Shown here one piece after another: positions 1 through 9,782 of a stretch of 64,000 bases of DNA; position 1 is the stretch's first letter; each line of letters begins with the position of its first letter. Location of the stretch: contig CAVWGN010000001.1 of assembly GCA_963754655.1 (NCBI GenBank), forward strand, positions 2,784,001-2,848,000, in the 5' to 3' direction. This DNA comes from an uncultured Chlamydiae bacterium (lineage in GTDB: Bacteria > Chlamydiota > Chlamydiia > Chlamydiales > Parachlamydiaceae). Below the pieces are notes generated by a model. It searched no databases, was not told the origin of the DNA, and saw only the letters and a list, made by a program, of their open reading frames with translations. A program made the translations under genes and the position numbers.

Positions 1-1
1 T

Positions 2-178
2 GCACTTCGAACTGCTATTACTTTGGTGATCACTCAGTTGCTAGATACAATTCTTTTCAGTTTTGCTGGCTTATATGGAATCGTTGCCTCGATCACACAT
101 ATCATTGTCATTAGCTATCTGATCAAACTCATGGTGATCTTCTGTTTTACCTCTTGTGTTAGGTGGGCAAAAGCATGA
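2..178 (+). CDS. yhhQ: 3' end of queuosine precursor/queuine transporter (YhhQ/VUT family), truncated by window edge
   Basis: Frame 2 translates ALRTAITLVITQLLDTILFSFAGLYGIV...WAKA*. The hydrophobic QLLDT.LF motif fits YhhQ. The stop overlaps the tgt start (ATGA 175-178). Confidence 0.7.
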   Translation, partial: ALRTAITLVITQLLDTILFSFAGLYGIVASITHIIVISYLIKLMVIFCFTSCVRWAKA

Positions 179-1305
179 AATCCTTTTATTTCGAACTCAT
201 TCACCGTTCAAAAAAGTCACGAGCTCGCGTAGGGCGCATTCATACCTCTCATGGCGTGATTGACACTCCAAACTTTGTTGCGGTTGGGACTAATGGAACT
301 GTCAAAGCCCTCGATAACGCCCTTCTGCATGAAATTGGGCTGCAGCTCATGTTTTGCAATACTTATCATTTGCTGCTGCAGCCAGGAACAGAAGTAGTGA
401 AAAAGGCGGGCGGGCTTCATCAGTTTATCCATCGCAAATTGCCCATTATTACTGATTCAGGTGGATTCCAAGTTTTCAGTTTGGCTTATGGATCAGTTGC
501 TGACGAACTCAAAAGCCGCGGTACAAAAAAGCAAGGAGGATCTGTTCTTAAGATCACAGAAGAAGGGGTTCTTTTTCGCTCTTATCGCGATGGGGCCAAA
601 GTCATGCTGACTCCAGAGAGTTCGATTCAAGCGCAAAAAGATTTAGGCGCTGACATTATCATTCCCTTTGATGAACTTCCTCCTTATCACATTTCGCCCG
701 AAGCCCTTAAAAAATCGATAGCCCGTACGCATCGTTGGGAACAACGTTCTTTGGAAGCTCATTTGAAACAGCCCCAAGGGCAAGCGATGTATGCGGTGAT
801 TCATGGAGGCATTGACCTTGAGCTTCGCAAAGCCAGCTGCGATTTTTTAACTGGGTTACCTTTTAATGGATTTGCCATTGGGGGAAGCATGGGAAAAAAC
901 AAGGAAGAAATGCATACGCTTCTTTCGTACACTCTTCCTTTACTTCCAGAGGAAAAACCTAATCACTTGCTTGGCATTGGCGATTTAGCTTCGATTGAAC
1001 GCTGTGTCCCTCTGGGCATTGACACGTTTGACAGCTCTTATCCGACACGTTCTGCTCGTCATGGAATTTTATTGACCTCTCAGGGAGGAATGAACGTGAC
1101 CAAGGCTGAAAATGCTACCAATTTTTCTCCCATTGAAAAGGACTGTGGTTGTCCAACGTGCGCCAAATTCACGGTTGCTTACCTGCACCATCTTTTCAAA
1201 GCCCGGGAGCTGACGAGCATGAGTTTGGCTACTGCTCATAATCTCTATTTCATGGTTCGCTTCATGCAAAAATATCGCGAACAAATTTTAGAAGATCGCG
1301 TTTAG
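175..1305 (+). CDS. tgt: tRNA-guanine transglycosylase (chlamydial queuine-inserting type)
   Basis: ARVGRIHT.HG..DTP, NTYHL, TDSGGFQVFSL, DTFDS and CGCPTC...H zinc motifs. Confidence 0.95.
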   Translation: MKSFYFELIHRSKKSRARVGRIHTSHGVIDTPNFVAVGTNGTVKALDNALLHEIGLQLMFCNTYHLLLQPGTEVVKKAGGLHQFIHRKLPIITDSGGFQVFSLAYGSVADELKSRGTKKQGGSVLKITEEGVLFRSYRDGAKVMLTPESSIQAQKDLGADIIIPFDELPPYHISPEALKKSIARTHRWEQRSLEAHLKQPQGQAMYAVIHGGIDLELRKASCDFLTGLPFNGFAIGGSMGKNKEEMHTLLSYTLPLLPEEKPNHLLGIGDLASIERCVPLGIDTFDSSYPTRSARHGILLTSQGGMNVTKAENATNFSPIEKDCGCPTCAKFTVAYLHHLFKARELTSMSLATAHNLYFMVRFMQKYREQILEDRV

Positions 1306-1508
1306 AATTTATCCTACGCAGTATTTTGTTTTACTATAATCACGAATTTTTTCCTTTTTAGCTAAAAATGGAAAAAATAGTCTCAATTAATTATTTTCAG
1401 CATTTCAGTAGAATCTTAATTAAATAAATGTTTATAATTATATTATAATTAATTTGATTTAATTTAATGTTTAACATTTTCATTTAATCATTTAAATATG
1501 GTCTATTT

Positions 1509-2327
1509 ATGCAATATTCTATGTCTAATTTAAAATTATTGTCTAATCATAAACAAGAAAAAGCTGTTACAAATCAAGATTCAGAGGTAGATAAAGTTTA
1601 TAAAGAATTAATTGATAGTGAAATAGAAAACTTACTACAAAGTGAAGAGACTTATCAATTCCAATCTACGCCATTAAAACCAGCCAAGGCAATAAAAGAA
1701 GATCATAAGCGCCAATTAAAGGAGGAATTAGAACAGAGGGAACTGAGAGGACATATTGTACAAGCCTATGATTTAATCATGAATCAGTTGCCTCAAAAAG
1801 TCTCTTTGGCAGAATTTGATCAGTTAAAAGGGGAATTTGAAAAAAGTGTTAATCATTTTGATGACATTTCTCAGAAGCCTGCTGAATTCATTGATCAACT
1901 TAGCTCTTTGCAAGAAATTTATGGAATTTCCGATGAGAGCATGACGCTCATTTATTCTTTGGCTTATGGCTATTTGGAAAAACGAGAATTCAAAAATGCA
2001 GATTCTTTGCTTTACTTTTTAACTTTGCTTAATCCCACAGTCAGGTCTTTTTGGATTGCTTTGGGAATCAGTTTGCAAAACCAAGGCAAATATGAAGAAT
2101 CGAAGATCATGTTTGAAACAGCCCAGACCTTAGATTCAGACAATCCTGAAGCTTTTATTCTAGGGGCTCAAGTCGATCTTCAACTGAACAATTCTGAAAT
2201 GGCACAGGAACAACTCAAAATTGCTGAAAAAATTATTAATCATTCCAATCATCTAGATAACAAACAAGATTTAATAAACCAGATAAATAATCTAATAATG
2301 CAAATAAATTTAAATAAACAGGATTAA
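1509..2327 (+). CDS. TPR protein, SycD/LcrH-like type III secretion chaperone with N-terminal extension
   Basis: YSLAYGYLEKREFKNA..L..L..LNP....W.ALG...Q..G.Y TPR pattern typical of class II T3S chaperones. Confidence 0.65.
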   Translation: MQYSMSNLKLLSNHKQEKAVTNQDSEVDKVYKELIDSEIENLLQSEETYQFQSTPLKPAKAIKEDHKRQLKEELEQRELRGHIVQAYDLIMNQLPQKVSLAEFDQLKGEFEKSVNHFDDISQKPAEFIDQLSSLQEIYGISDESMTLIYSLAYGYLEKREFKNADSLLYFLTLLNPTVRSFWIALGISLQNQGKYEESKIMFETAQTLDSDNPEAFILGAQVDLQLNNSEMAQEQLKIAEKIINHSNHLDNKQDLINQINNLIMQINLNKQD

Positions 2328-2332
2328 TCTTT

Positions 2333-3388
2333 ATGACTTCTAATAATGATATTAGAATAGGTATAGGTGGTATTTCTAGTGCTCACTCAGCCCCCCAAAC
2401 TCAGCAAATAGGGGCTGGTGATCAGCCACCTTCATCGGCACAAGTAGAAGCCGAGCTCAAGAGTACCACAAATGCTTCAAAGCCTATAAAAAGTGAAATT
2501 CGCTCAAAAACTTTGGATGTGATTGGTCTAAAAGCCTCAGCAATTGGATTGGGAATAGTGGGAGTATTAATTTCTCCTATTAGCCTGACTTTAGGACCTG
2601 TAATAGGTTTAATTATGGCAGGAATTAATGCCTTTAAAAAAAGAGATGAACAGCGGCCGATTGGAGGAGAAAAAGACACAAAAAGATCTGAATTAGCTAA
2701 AAAACAATCAAATATAAATGAATTAAAATCTTATGTTAAGGCAGGAGCGATAGGTTACTTTGTATTAGCACAGCTCCAATGGCAAAAGGCAGAAGGCAAA
2801 CAATCATCCTTTCAGGAAACTAAGCAAACAGAAGCCGAGTTAACACCCGATATAGCACTCCCAAAAGCTCCACAAGCAAGCCAAGTAAGTAAGAAAACAG
2901 ACGATAAATTAAAAAATTTATCTCAACAAAAAAAACAAATTAAAACAGAAATAGAAACAATAAATAAGAATATACAAGAAATCGAACAAAAAATAGGAAA
3001 AATACAAGAAAATACTATCAAAGAAATAAAATCTATAAAAGAAAAGCAAACTAAGTTCCAACAAGAACATCAAAAGAGAATGGGTGAAATTAAAAATTTT
3101 TCTGAGCTTGATAGGGAAATAGCTCAAGAAATGTATATGCGCACTTTACAGTCAGCGGGAGAAAAATCAAATTCACAGATACAAACTGCAGAATCAAAAT
3201 CACAGGCAGAAATAAATCGATTAAAAAATAAACAAAACGAGTTAAAATTAAAACATTTAGAACCAAAGCAAGAAGAGTTAAAATTAAAAACAGAAGAATT
3301 AACATCACAACGACAAAAATTAACTACAAAAAACCTATCAGAATTAATTCCGCCTTCTACAGGCACACCTACATATACCGGCCTTTAA
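2333..3388 (+). CDS. Putative T3S substrate (translocator/Inc-like): ~33-aa hydrophobic segment plus long K/E/Q coiled coil
   Basis: S/Q/P-rich N-terminus, AIGLGIVGVLISPISLTLGPVIGLIMAGI segment, coiled-coil C-terminal half; 5 bp downstream of the TPR gene. Confidence 0.45.
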   Translation: MTSNNDIRIGIGGISSAHSAPQTQQIGAGDQPPSSAQVEAELKSTTNASKPIKSEIRSKTLDVIGLKASAIGLGIVGVLISPISLTLGPVIGLIMAGINAFKKRDEQRPIGGEKDTKRSELAKKQSNINELKSYVKAGAIGYFVLAQLQWQKAEGKQSSFQETKQTEAELTPDIALPKAPQASQVSKKTDDKLKNLSQQKKQIKTEIETINKNIQEIEQKIGKIQENTIKEIKSIKEKQTKFQQEHQKRMGEIKNFSELDREIAQEMYMRTLQSAGEKSNSQIQTAESKSQAEINRLKNKQNELKLKHLEPKQEELKLKTEELTSQRQKLTTKNLSELIPPSTGTPTYTGL

Positions 3389-3436
3389 AAGGTTAAGATG
3401 AGCTATAAAGATTCTAAATACCTTTATCATTTGGAA

Positions 3437-5182
3437 TTAATGCTTCTTGAGATAAGTTTTCACTTTTTTTAATGGAAGAGTATTAAAGACATTTTCCTTT
3501 GCAAGCCAACCTTTGCGAGCAATATTGATCCCAGCACGAACGTATTGCAAATCGCTTGTGCTATGGGCATCGGGATTGATACAGCACTTCAATCCTTTTT
3601 CCGCGGCTTTGTGCCAATAACGCCAATCCATATCTAGTCGCGTGGGCTGGGCATTTAATTCCATGATTTTATGGTTAGCAATGCAGGCATCGATGACTTT
3701 ATTTAAATTGAGAGCATAAGGGTCTCTGCGCAATAATAAACGGCCTGTCACATGTCCCACAATAGTTGTATAAGGATTTTCAATCGCTTTAATGAGGCGA
3801 GCCGTCATGGTTTGTTCATCTTGCTTGAAAGCACGATGAACCGATACAACGACGTAGTCTAATTCTTTAAGAATGTCATTTGAAAAATCTAATTGGCCAT
3901 TTGTTAAAATATCGCATTCCAGGCCAGCAAAAACATAGAGGGAATATTGACCCGATTGATTGATTTGACGAATACGTTGAATTTGCTCCAAGAGACGATC
4001 TGCCTGTAGGCCATTCGCTTGATAACTCGATTTTGAATGATCTGCAATTCCAAAATATTCCCAGCCTAATGCTTGCGCAGCTGTAATCATTTCTTCTAAG
4101 GAATTGTGACCATCTGATTCAGTTGTGTGGCAATGAAAAACGCCCCGAATGTCTTTTTCTTCAATGAGTATGGGCAGTTTTCCTTTTTCAGCCGCTTCAA
4201 TTTCCCCCATTTCCTCACGTAATTCTGGAGGAATATAAGACAATCCCAATGCTTGATAAACCTCTGCTTCAGTTATCTCTTTTTTAGAAAGTTTAGAACA
4301 AGCAGCAGGAAGAGTGGGATCGATGGGTTCAAGGCTATATTCACTTAAGCTAAAGCCCTGCTCATTGGCTCGTTGACGTAATTTGATATTGTGCCCTTTA
4401 GATCCTGTGAAGTAAACTAAGGCAAAACCATATTGTTTAGGTGAAACAATTCTAAGGTCAGCTTGAATTCCTTGTTTTAAACGCACAGAAGACTTAGTGG
4501 ATCCCTTGGCTAAAATTTTATCTACCCAAGGTTGAGTCGTAAACCACTCCATAATAGGATCTGGTACAGAAGAAGCCACTAAAAAGTCCAAATCCCCTAC
4601 TGTTTCCAACTTACGCCGCAGACTTCCTGCGATTTCTATTTTTTGTACTCCCTTAAGCTTGGACAGTTGTTTTAAGATTAATTCGCCAATTGGCAGGGCT
4701 TCCCACCAAAGTAGCCGATGTCCGCTTGTTTGAAATCTTTTAATGCTATTTAAAATATTTTCCTGAGTTTTTTTACCAAAATGAGGCAATTCTGCAATGT
4801 GTCCCTTACAACAAGCATCAAGCAAATCTTCAATACTTTTAATTCCCAATTCTTTATAAAAAAGATTAATTTTTTTACTGCCAAGTCCAGGAACTTTAAA
4901 TAACTCCATTAAGCTAGCTGGCACAGATGTTTTAAGCTTTTCATAATAGGGAAGTTGCCCTGTTAAAACTAGAGTGGTAATTGTTGCGGCAAGGCTTTCC
5001 CCAATCCCTGGGACTTCTTGTAAACGCTCCTCTTTGACAAGAATGTCAAGATCCTCTTCCAAATTTTCTAGCGCTCGTGCTGCACGATGATAGGCTCGCA
5101 CTTTAAAAGCATTCTCTCCTTGCAGCTCCAATAAAGTTCCCATCTCATCAAGCACTTTTGCCACATCGTATTTGTTTATCAT
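3437..5182 (-). CDS. polX: DNA polymerase X / PHP 3'-5' exonuclease
   Basis: N..KVRAY.RAA, HhH VPGIG, AGSLRR..ETVGDLD, FTGSK.HN, PPELRE; PHP motifs HCHT, DHS, DAH. Start placed at MINKY. Confidence 0.93.
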   Translation of the reverse strand: MINKYDVAKVLDEMGTLLELQGENAFKVRAYHRAARALENLEEDLDILVKEERLQEVPGIGESLAATITTLVLTGQLPYYEKLKTSVPASLMELFKVPGLGSKKINLFYKELGIKSIEDLLDACCKGHIAELPHFGKKTQENILNSIKRFQTSGHRLLWWEALPIGELILKQLSKLKGVQKIEIAGSLRRKLETVGDLDFLVASSVPDPIMEWFTTQPWVDKILAKGSTKSSVRLKQGIQADLRIVSPKQYGFALVYFTGSKGHNIKLRQRANEQGFSLSEYSLEPIDPTLPAACSKLSKKEITEAEVYQALGLSYIPPELREEMGEIEAAEKGKLPILIEEKDIRGVFHCHTTESDGHNSLEEMITAAQALGWEYFGIADHSKSSYQANGLQADRLLEQIQRIRQINQSGQYSLYVFAGLECDILTNGQLDFSNDILKELDYVVVSVHRAFKQDEQTMTARLIKAIENPYTTIVGHVTGRLLLRRDPYALNLNKVIDACIANHKIMELNAQPTRLDMDWRYWHKAAEKGLKCCINPDAHSTSDLQYVRAGINIARKGWLAKENVFNTLPLKKVKTYLKKH

Positions 5183-5215
5183 ACAGCCTATCATATAAAT
5201 TTTTTTGAGTAGCAT

Positions 5216-5371
5216 CCTAGTACTCAACCACATTAGTTTTTGCCTATTGGGACTGCTTGAAAGCCCTGGGGTTGGGATGAGATGATTCTCTTGTAGTCCT
5301 TCAGACTAGATGACGAGGCCAATCTAACCCAGGACGATGTCCTGGGCTATTTTATTTGAAGCTTTCAGGCT
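5216..5371. repeat. Solo MITE-like end (CCTAGTACTCAACCACATTAG...) followed by one three-hairpin REP-like arm
   Basis: 5216-5276 matches 56221-56277. Hairpins AGTCCTTCAGACT, CCCAGGACGATGTCCTGGG and AAGCTTTCAGGCT lie at 5293-5371. Confidence 0.75.
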
Positions 5372-5408
5372 ATTAAACAAATCAAGCTATTGGGTTATTT
5401 AAGGAATA

Positions 5409-6203
5409 TCACGATCGCTTCCCCGGTTTAGATGCTACATAGACAACTGCTTGCTCATTTTGCTCAAAAGATTCATCTATGATACTCACGGCTGAAAAAC
5501 CAGCCTTTTCTAATAAAAGTTCCATTTCAAAACGGTGATACCATCTAACCATATATTCCTCTTCTTCGGTATGGCTGAATAGCTCATGGACCCATTTTTC
5601 ATAACGACTTTGGGTCTTTTCTATTTGCTCTTTGAAATTGACGGTCACAGTTGATTTGTGAACAATTTGAAAACCATCAGTGGAATGAACTGTTCTTTCA
5701 AAAAGCCTTTCTTTTGATTCATCCATCAACACTGAGCCATTAATGTTTTCTTTGATTGCATCCCATGGGATAAAAGTTTCAAGCACAATCCTTCCGGCAG
5801 GTAATAGTATTGAATGGAGATTTTTTAAGATGTTAAACGCTTCTTTTCGATCTTGAATGAGCTGAAAAGATCCTATAGCGATGAAAATAAGATCATATTT
5901 TCGAGGGAGGTCAAGTTTTTGAAGAGATTGATGGTAAAGTTTCACCCCAAGACTTTGGTCAGAGCAACGTTTTTGGCAGCTTTGAAGCATGTGGATAGAA
6001 TTGTCGACACCTTCTACAACTAATCCCCCTTTAAGCAGAGGAATGAGAAGTCTGCCCGATCCGCACATCGCTTCAAGGATAGGACCTTTTGCCGTTCCAA
6101 GAAGCTTTTCATAAAATGCAATTTCTTTAGGGCCAGCTTCTGGTTTAGTTAGATCATAAAATTCAGTGCACAAACTTAAATAGGAAGACTGCATTTGCTT
6201 CAT
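5409..6203 (-). CDS. Class I SAM-dependent methyltransferase
   Basis: ILEAMCGSGRLL, GVDNS..ML, YDLIFI motifs. Confidence 0.85.
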   Translation of the reverse strand: MKQMQSSYLSLCTEFYDLTKPEAGPKEIAFYEKLLGTAKGPILEAMCGSGRLLIPLLKGGLVVEGVDNSIHMLQSCQKRCSDQSLGVKLYHQSLQKLDLPRKYDLIFIAIGSFQLIQDRKEAFNILKNLHSILLPAGRIVLETFIPWDAIKENINGSVLMDESKERLFERTVHSTDGFQIVHKSTVTVNFKEQIEKTQSRYEKWVHELFSHTEEEEYMVRWYHRFEMELLLEKAGFSAVSIIDESFEQNEQAVVYVASKPGKRS

Positions 6204-6213
6204 TTGATTTTGC

Positions 6214-7293
6214 CTATAGCTCGTAGATTTTCCACCAATTTGCAAGGAACTCTTCATCTAACTTTTCTTCTGCGCGAGAATCAAATTGCTCCCAATCGAA
6301 CAAAGGATGCTCGCCGCCGATCAAAAGATCAAAAATGTGCCTATATATTTTCATTCCGTTGGCACTATTTGTCATGATGACGAAACCTGTTTGCTCGTTT
6401 TGAAAGGCCAAGCATTGAAATGTTCCATTATCTCCTGAATGCCAAGAAGAGCTCCCTTTAGGAGTTATTTCAATTCCCCATCCTAAGCCCCAGCCAATTT
6501 CTTTGTTAATTTGAATTTGGATTTCGGACATAGCGGAAAACTGTCTTGCCACAATCATAAATTTTGCATAGTCTGCGGCCGTTGTGTGAAGACTAAATGA
6601 GGCAATGGCTTTTACCGGTTTCCACTTTTCGATTGGGCGACCTTTTTGATCATGAGGAGATGCTGCTTGAGCCGCGTAACCCTTTTTCCAGATAAAGCTG
6701 CTATTATTCATCTTTAGTGGCGTTAAAACGTGTTCCTGCATATAGGAAGCTAAAGAATCTCCTGTGATCTGCTCTATCACTCGGCCAAGATAGCAGTAGC
6801 TTTCCCCTGAATAAGCAAACTGGCTTCCCGGATAAAACTCTAATTTCAATGGATCGCCTGGCTTTAGATTAGCAGTAGGAAATCCTGCAGTATGCGAGAG
6901 AACATGCCTTAAAGTAACAGCAGATAAAAATGGGTCGTCGGATTCTGGGCTTGGTAAATAGGTGCTTAGGGGTTGGTCCATTTCCAGGAGTCCTTTTTCA
7001 CATAATTCTAGGGCTGCATAGGCAATCAGCGGTTTGCTTAAAGAGGCCGCCTCAAAAACAGTGGAAGAGGTTACAGGATACTGAGAAATGCTATTCTTAA
7101 CCCCACATTCAAAAGTCATGATCTTTTTTTCAGAGATCAATGCCAATGACAAACCAGGAATATCATACGTCTTTATGAGTTCGGATAGAGATATAAGGTT
7201 TTTTGTTTCAAACATGTATGGGTTTTGATTTGGAATGTTAGTCTCTGAACAATCGCGGAAGAACTCGCAAATATCATATTTAGGAAGATCCAT
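6214..7293 (-). CDS. Serine hydrolase, beta-lactamase (AmpC-like) family
   Basis: FEAASLSK (SxxK), LSHTAG, F.YSG, WHSGDNG motifs. Confidence 0.88.
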   Translation of the reverse strand: MDLPKYDICEFFRDCSETNIPNQNPYMFETKNLISLSELIKTYDIPGLSLALISEKKIMTFECGVKNSISQYPVTSSTVFEAASLSKPLIAYAALELCEKGLLEMDQPLSTYLPSPESDDPFLSAVTLRHVLSHTAGFPTANLKPGDPLKLEFYPGSQFAYSGESYCYLGRVIEQITGDSLASYMQEHVLTPLKMNNSSFIWKKGYAAQAASPHDQKGRPIEKWKPVKAIASFSLHTTAADYAKFMIVARQFSAMSEIQIQINKEIGWGLGWGIEITPKGSSSWHSGDNGTFQCLAFQNEQTGFVIMTNSANGMKIYRHIFDLLIGGEHPLFDWEQFDSRAEEKLDEEFLANWWKIYEL

Positions 7294-7592
7294 TTTCTTT
7301 TTTTAAAATGCCTTGCATTTGTATTTCCATCAAAATTCCACAGGAATATTAATTTTAGAATGTGAGAGGAAATGTGTTTTACGGCCAATCAATGAACCAA
7401 ACTGTTTAGGAGAATATGTATTTTTCATAGACACATTTTATCTTATTTATTTATATTTTTTAATAATTATTATCTACTCCTAAATCTGCATCATATTTCT
7501 ACTTTTTATTTTTTCTTAAAAAAGGTATGTAGAGGTTATACAAAAAAGAAAAAAGGCAAAAGTGCTCAATAAAATAGGATAACCTATCTCAT

Positions 7593-8498
7593 ATGTCAAA
7601 AAAGAAAAAATCTCAGTTTATCCTGATGAAAACCTCTTGGTGGATGACACTCCTTGTAGGTGTTGTCATTGGAATGATATCGCAACAAATTCCAGAGGTA
7701 AAGTTTTACACCGATGAACTTGTTCGGCCGATAGAAAAACATCCTATTTTCAAAGAGTTAAAAACCAAAATCGGTCGTCATCTCCATGACGATAGCATGG
7801 ATTTAGCTGATCAACAAATCCCTTACTCACATTATTCAGAAGAAAATCCCCTTTCAAGCCATCCTGTTTCTTCATTCATTATTCACCGATCTGGTTATTC
7901 TTTAGCTTATGATGCACGCACGCGTAATCCTGCGTGGGTTTATGAGCATCTTACAGCAGATAACCTTAAAGGCGATGTCGATCGCTTACACTTTAAATTT
8001 AAAGAAGATGATCGCATTCCACAACATTTAAGAGCCACTCTTGCTGATTATAAAGGACAAGGCTTAGATCAAGGACATATGGCTCCTGCCGCCGATCATC
8101 GCTCAAGCGAAGAGAAGATGAGCGATACTTTTTATTTAACAAATATGTGTCCACAATGCCCTCAATTCAATCGTGAATATTGGTCTCAACTTGAGAGGCA
8201 TGTGCGTGACCTGACTAAAGAATATCGGCACGTTTATGTCGTCACAGGACCTCTTTATTTGCCTTATCATGAAGGTAAAAGACGTTTTGTTAAATATCAA
8301 GTCATTGGCCCGAATGATGTAGGTGTGCCTTCTCATTTTTTTAAAGTCATCACGCTTGAAGATCGGCGAGGAAAACGGGAAATTCAGGCTTATGTTTTAC
8401 CCAATACATTTATTCCCTCAGACACACCTCTTAATCACTTTAAGACAACAGCTCAAAAAGTTGAAAAAGCTGCAGGTCTTATTCTATTTAATCAATGA
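7593..8498 (+). CDS. DNA/RNA non-specific endonuclease (EndoG/NucA family) with N-terminal membrane anchor
   Basis: YDARTRNPAWVYE, DQGHMAPAADH, TFYLTNMCPQ, FNR..W..LE, VPSHFFKV. Confidence 0.9.
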   Translation: MSKKKKSQFILMKTSWWMTLLVGVVIGMISQQIPEVKFYTDELVRPIEKHPIFKELKTKIGRHLHDDSMDLADQQIPYSHYSEENPLSSHPVSSFIIHRSGYSLAYDARTRNPAWVYEHLTADNLKGDVDRLHFKFKEDDRIPQHLRATLADYKGQGLDQGHMAPAADHRSSEEKMSDTFYLTNMCPQCPQFNREYWSQLERHVRDLTKEYRHVYVVTGPLYLPYHEGKRRFVKYQVIGPNDVGVPSHFFKVITLEDRRGKREIQAYVLPNTFIPSDTPLNHFKTTAQKVEKAAGLILFNQ

Positions 8499-8593
8499 TT
8501 TATGCTCATCAACACACCTGACATTAGGGAAGAAGTTTCATTCATTCTATTTTATGATTTGTTAGTGATTGTCAATTTAAAAAGGAGAAATGT

Positions 8594-9094
8594 ATGAATA
8601 CTGAATTCAATGGATTTCCAAGCTATATAGCCATGACTTTTGAGGAGATGACCAGAGCCTGTTATGACAAAGAAACTCTTAAGATACCATCAGATGAGGA
8701 AATAAAAGAAATTCAAGAAACAATACAGACCATGCAACTGGCAGGAAGAATAATAGGAGGTGGAGGAACTTTCACATGCTTAGGAGTGAGTTATATGGTT
8801 TGGCACATTCCAAGATTCGGACGAGGGTTAAGTTTAATGGCAGGGCTTACAGCAATTGGAATAGGCACCTTTGGATATCATGTCACAGTTTCTGCTCAAC
8901 GTCTTCAAGAATTTGCTAATCAGTGGATTAAAAAAAATATTTATAATACCAATGAATTGGCAGCAACAAAAATGATAAACATAGAGTTTAGGAAAAAGAT
9001 GTTAAAAACCGCAATTGAAGACCTCGCTTTGCTACGTATTCTTTACAAAGGGGCTATTGCTCAGGCATTGTCCGCAGACACTTCGCAATGTTAA
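8594..9094 (+). CDS. Hypothetical membrane protein (two close hydrophobic segments)
   Basis: ORF with AGGAG RBS; bilobed hydrophobic region aa ~50-95. Confidence 0.6.
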   Translation: MNTEFNGFPSYIAMTFEEMTRACYDKETLKIPSDEEIKEIQETIQTMQLAGRIIGGGGTFTCLGVSYMVWHIPRFGRGLSLMAGLTAIGIGTFGYHVTVSAQRLQEFANQWIKKNIYNTNELAATKMINIEFRKKMLKTAIEDLALLRILYKGAIAQALSADTSQC

Positions 9095-9113
9095 CACTTT
9101 GTGAAGCACAAGA

Positions 9114-9605
9114 TTAAGTTAAATTATTTTCTTTAGATAAATACCGATATTCATGCCAGGTTAAGAGAATAATGATAACATCCAAAATCGTAATAAGTAT
9201 AAGTAATATCGAGTGCGTAAATGTAAATCGATACAATTGATACATAATAAATAAACCAAAAAAGACTAGAGCTGTAGGATAATACCAGATTTTATTTCGC
9301 CAGAGACCTACGACTAACCACAATTTGATCATTCCATGGCTTAACAAATACAAAGCAGCGAAGTGCTTAGAACTTATGGAAAAATTCTGCGCCCATTGTA
9401 AAAGATGATTTGCTATAAAATTTCGGGGATTTTCAGCAAGTTCAGCTTGAGTGAAATGTTGGACAAAACAGAGAATCCATTTTTCTGAAATTAAATAAGT
9501 CCCTATGCTACCAAAAATCTCGAACAGCGCAAAAATCCCTTTACAGATCAGGCTAATTTCAAATAAGCGACGTAGATTTTTCTCTTTTAATCTCTTAATA
9601 TCCAT
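9114..9605 (-). CDS. DUF2127-like membrane protein
   Basis: KG....E, YLLSHG.IKL.LV.GL, LDVIII.LTW.EY pattern. Confidence 0.75.
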   Translation of the reverse strand: MDIKRLKEKNLRRLFEISLICKGIFALFEIFGSIGTYLISEKWILCFVQHFTQAELAENPRNFIANHLLQWAQNFSISSKHFAALYLLSHGMIKLWLVVGLWRNKIWYYPTALVFFGLFIMYQLYRFTFTHSILLILITILDVIIILLTWHEYRYLSKENNLT

Positions 9606-9782
9606 ACTTTTATAAGTAAATCCTATCATTAATATAAAACTATTCAAAAAAAGCTACGAAGAAAACAATAAAAGTCATTTTTGGTGAGCACTCAAAACAC
9701 TTAGGATCAATACAACACGGTTTGGATGTCATCTCAACTGTCTAAAATAAAATATGTGTAAGTCTTAGCTTTTTCTATCCCA

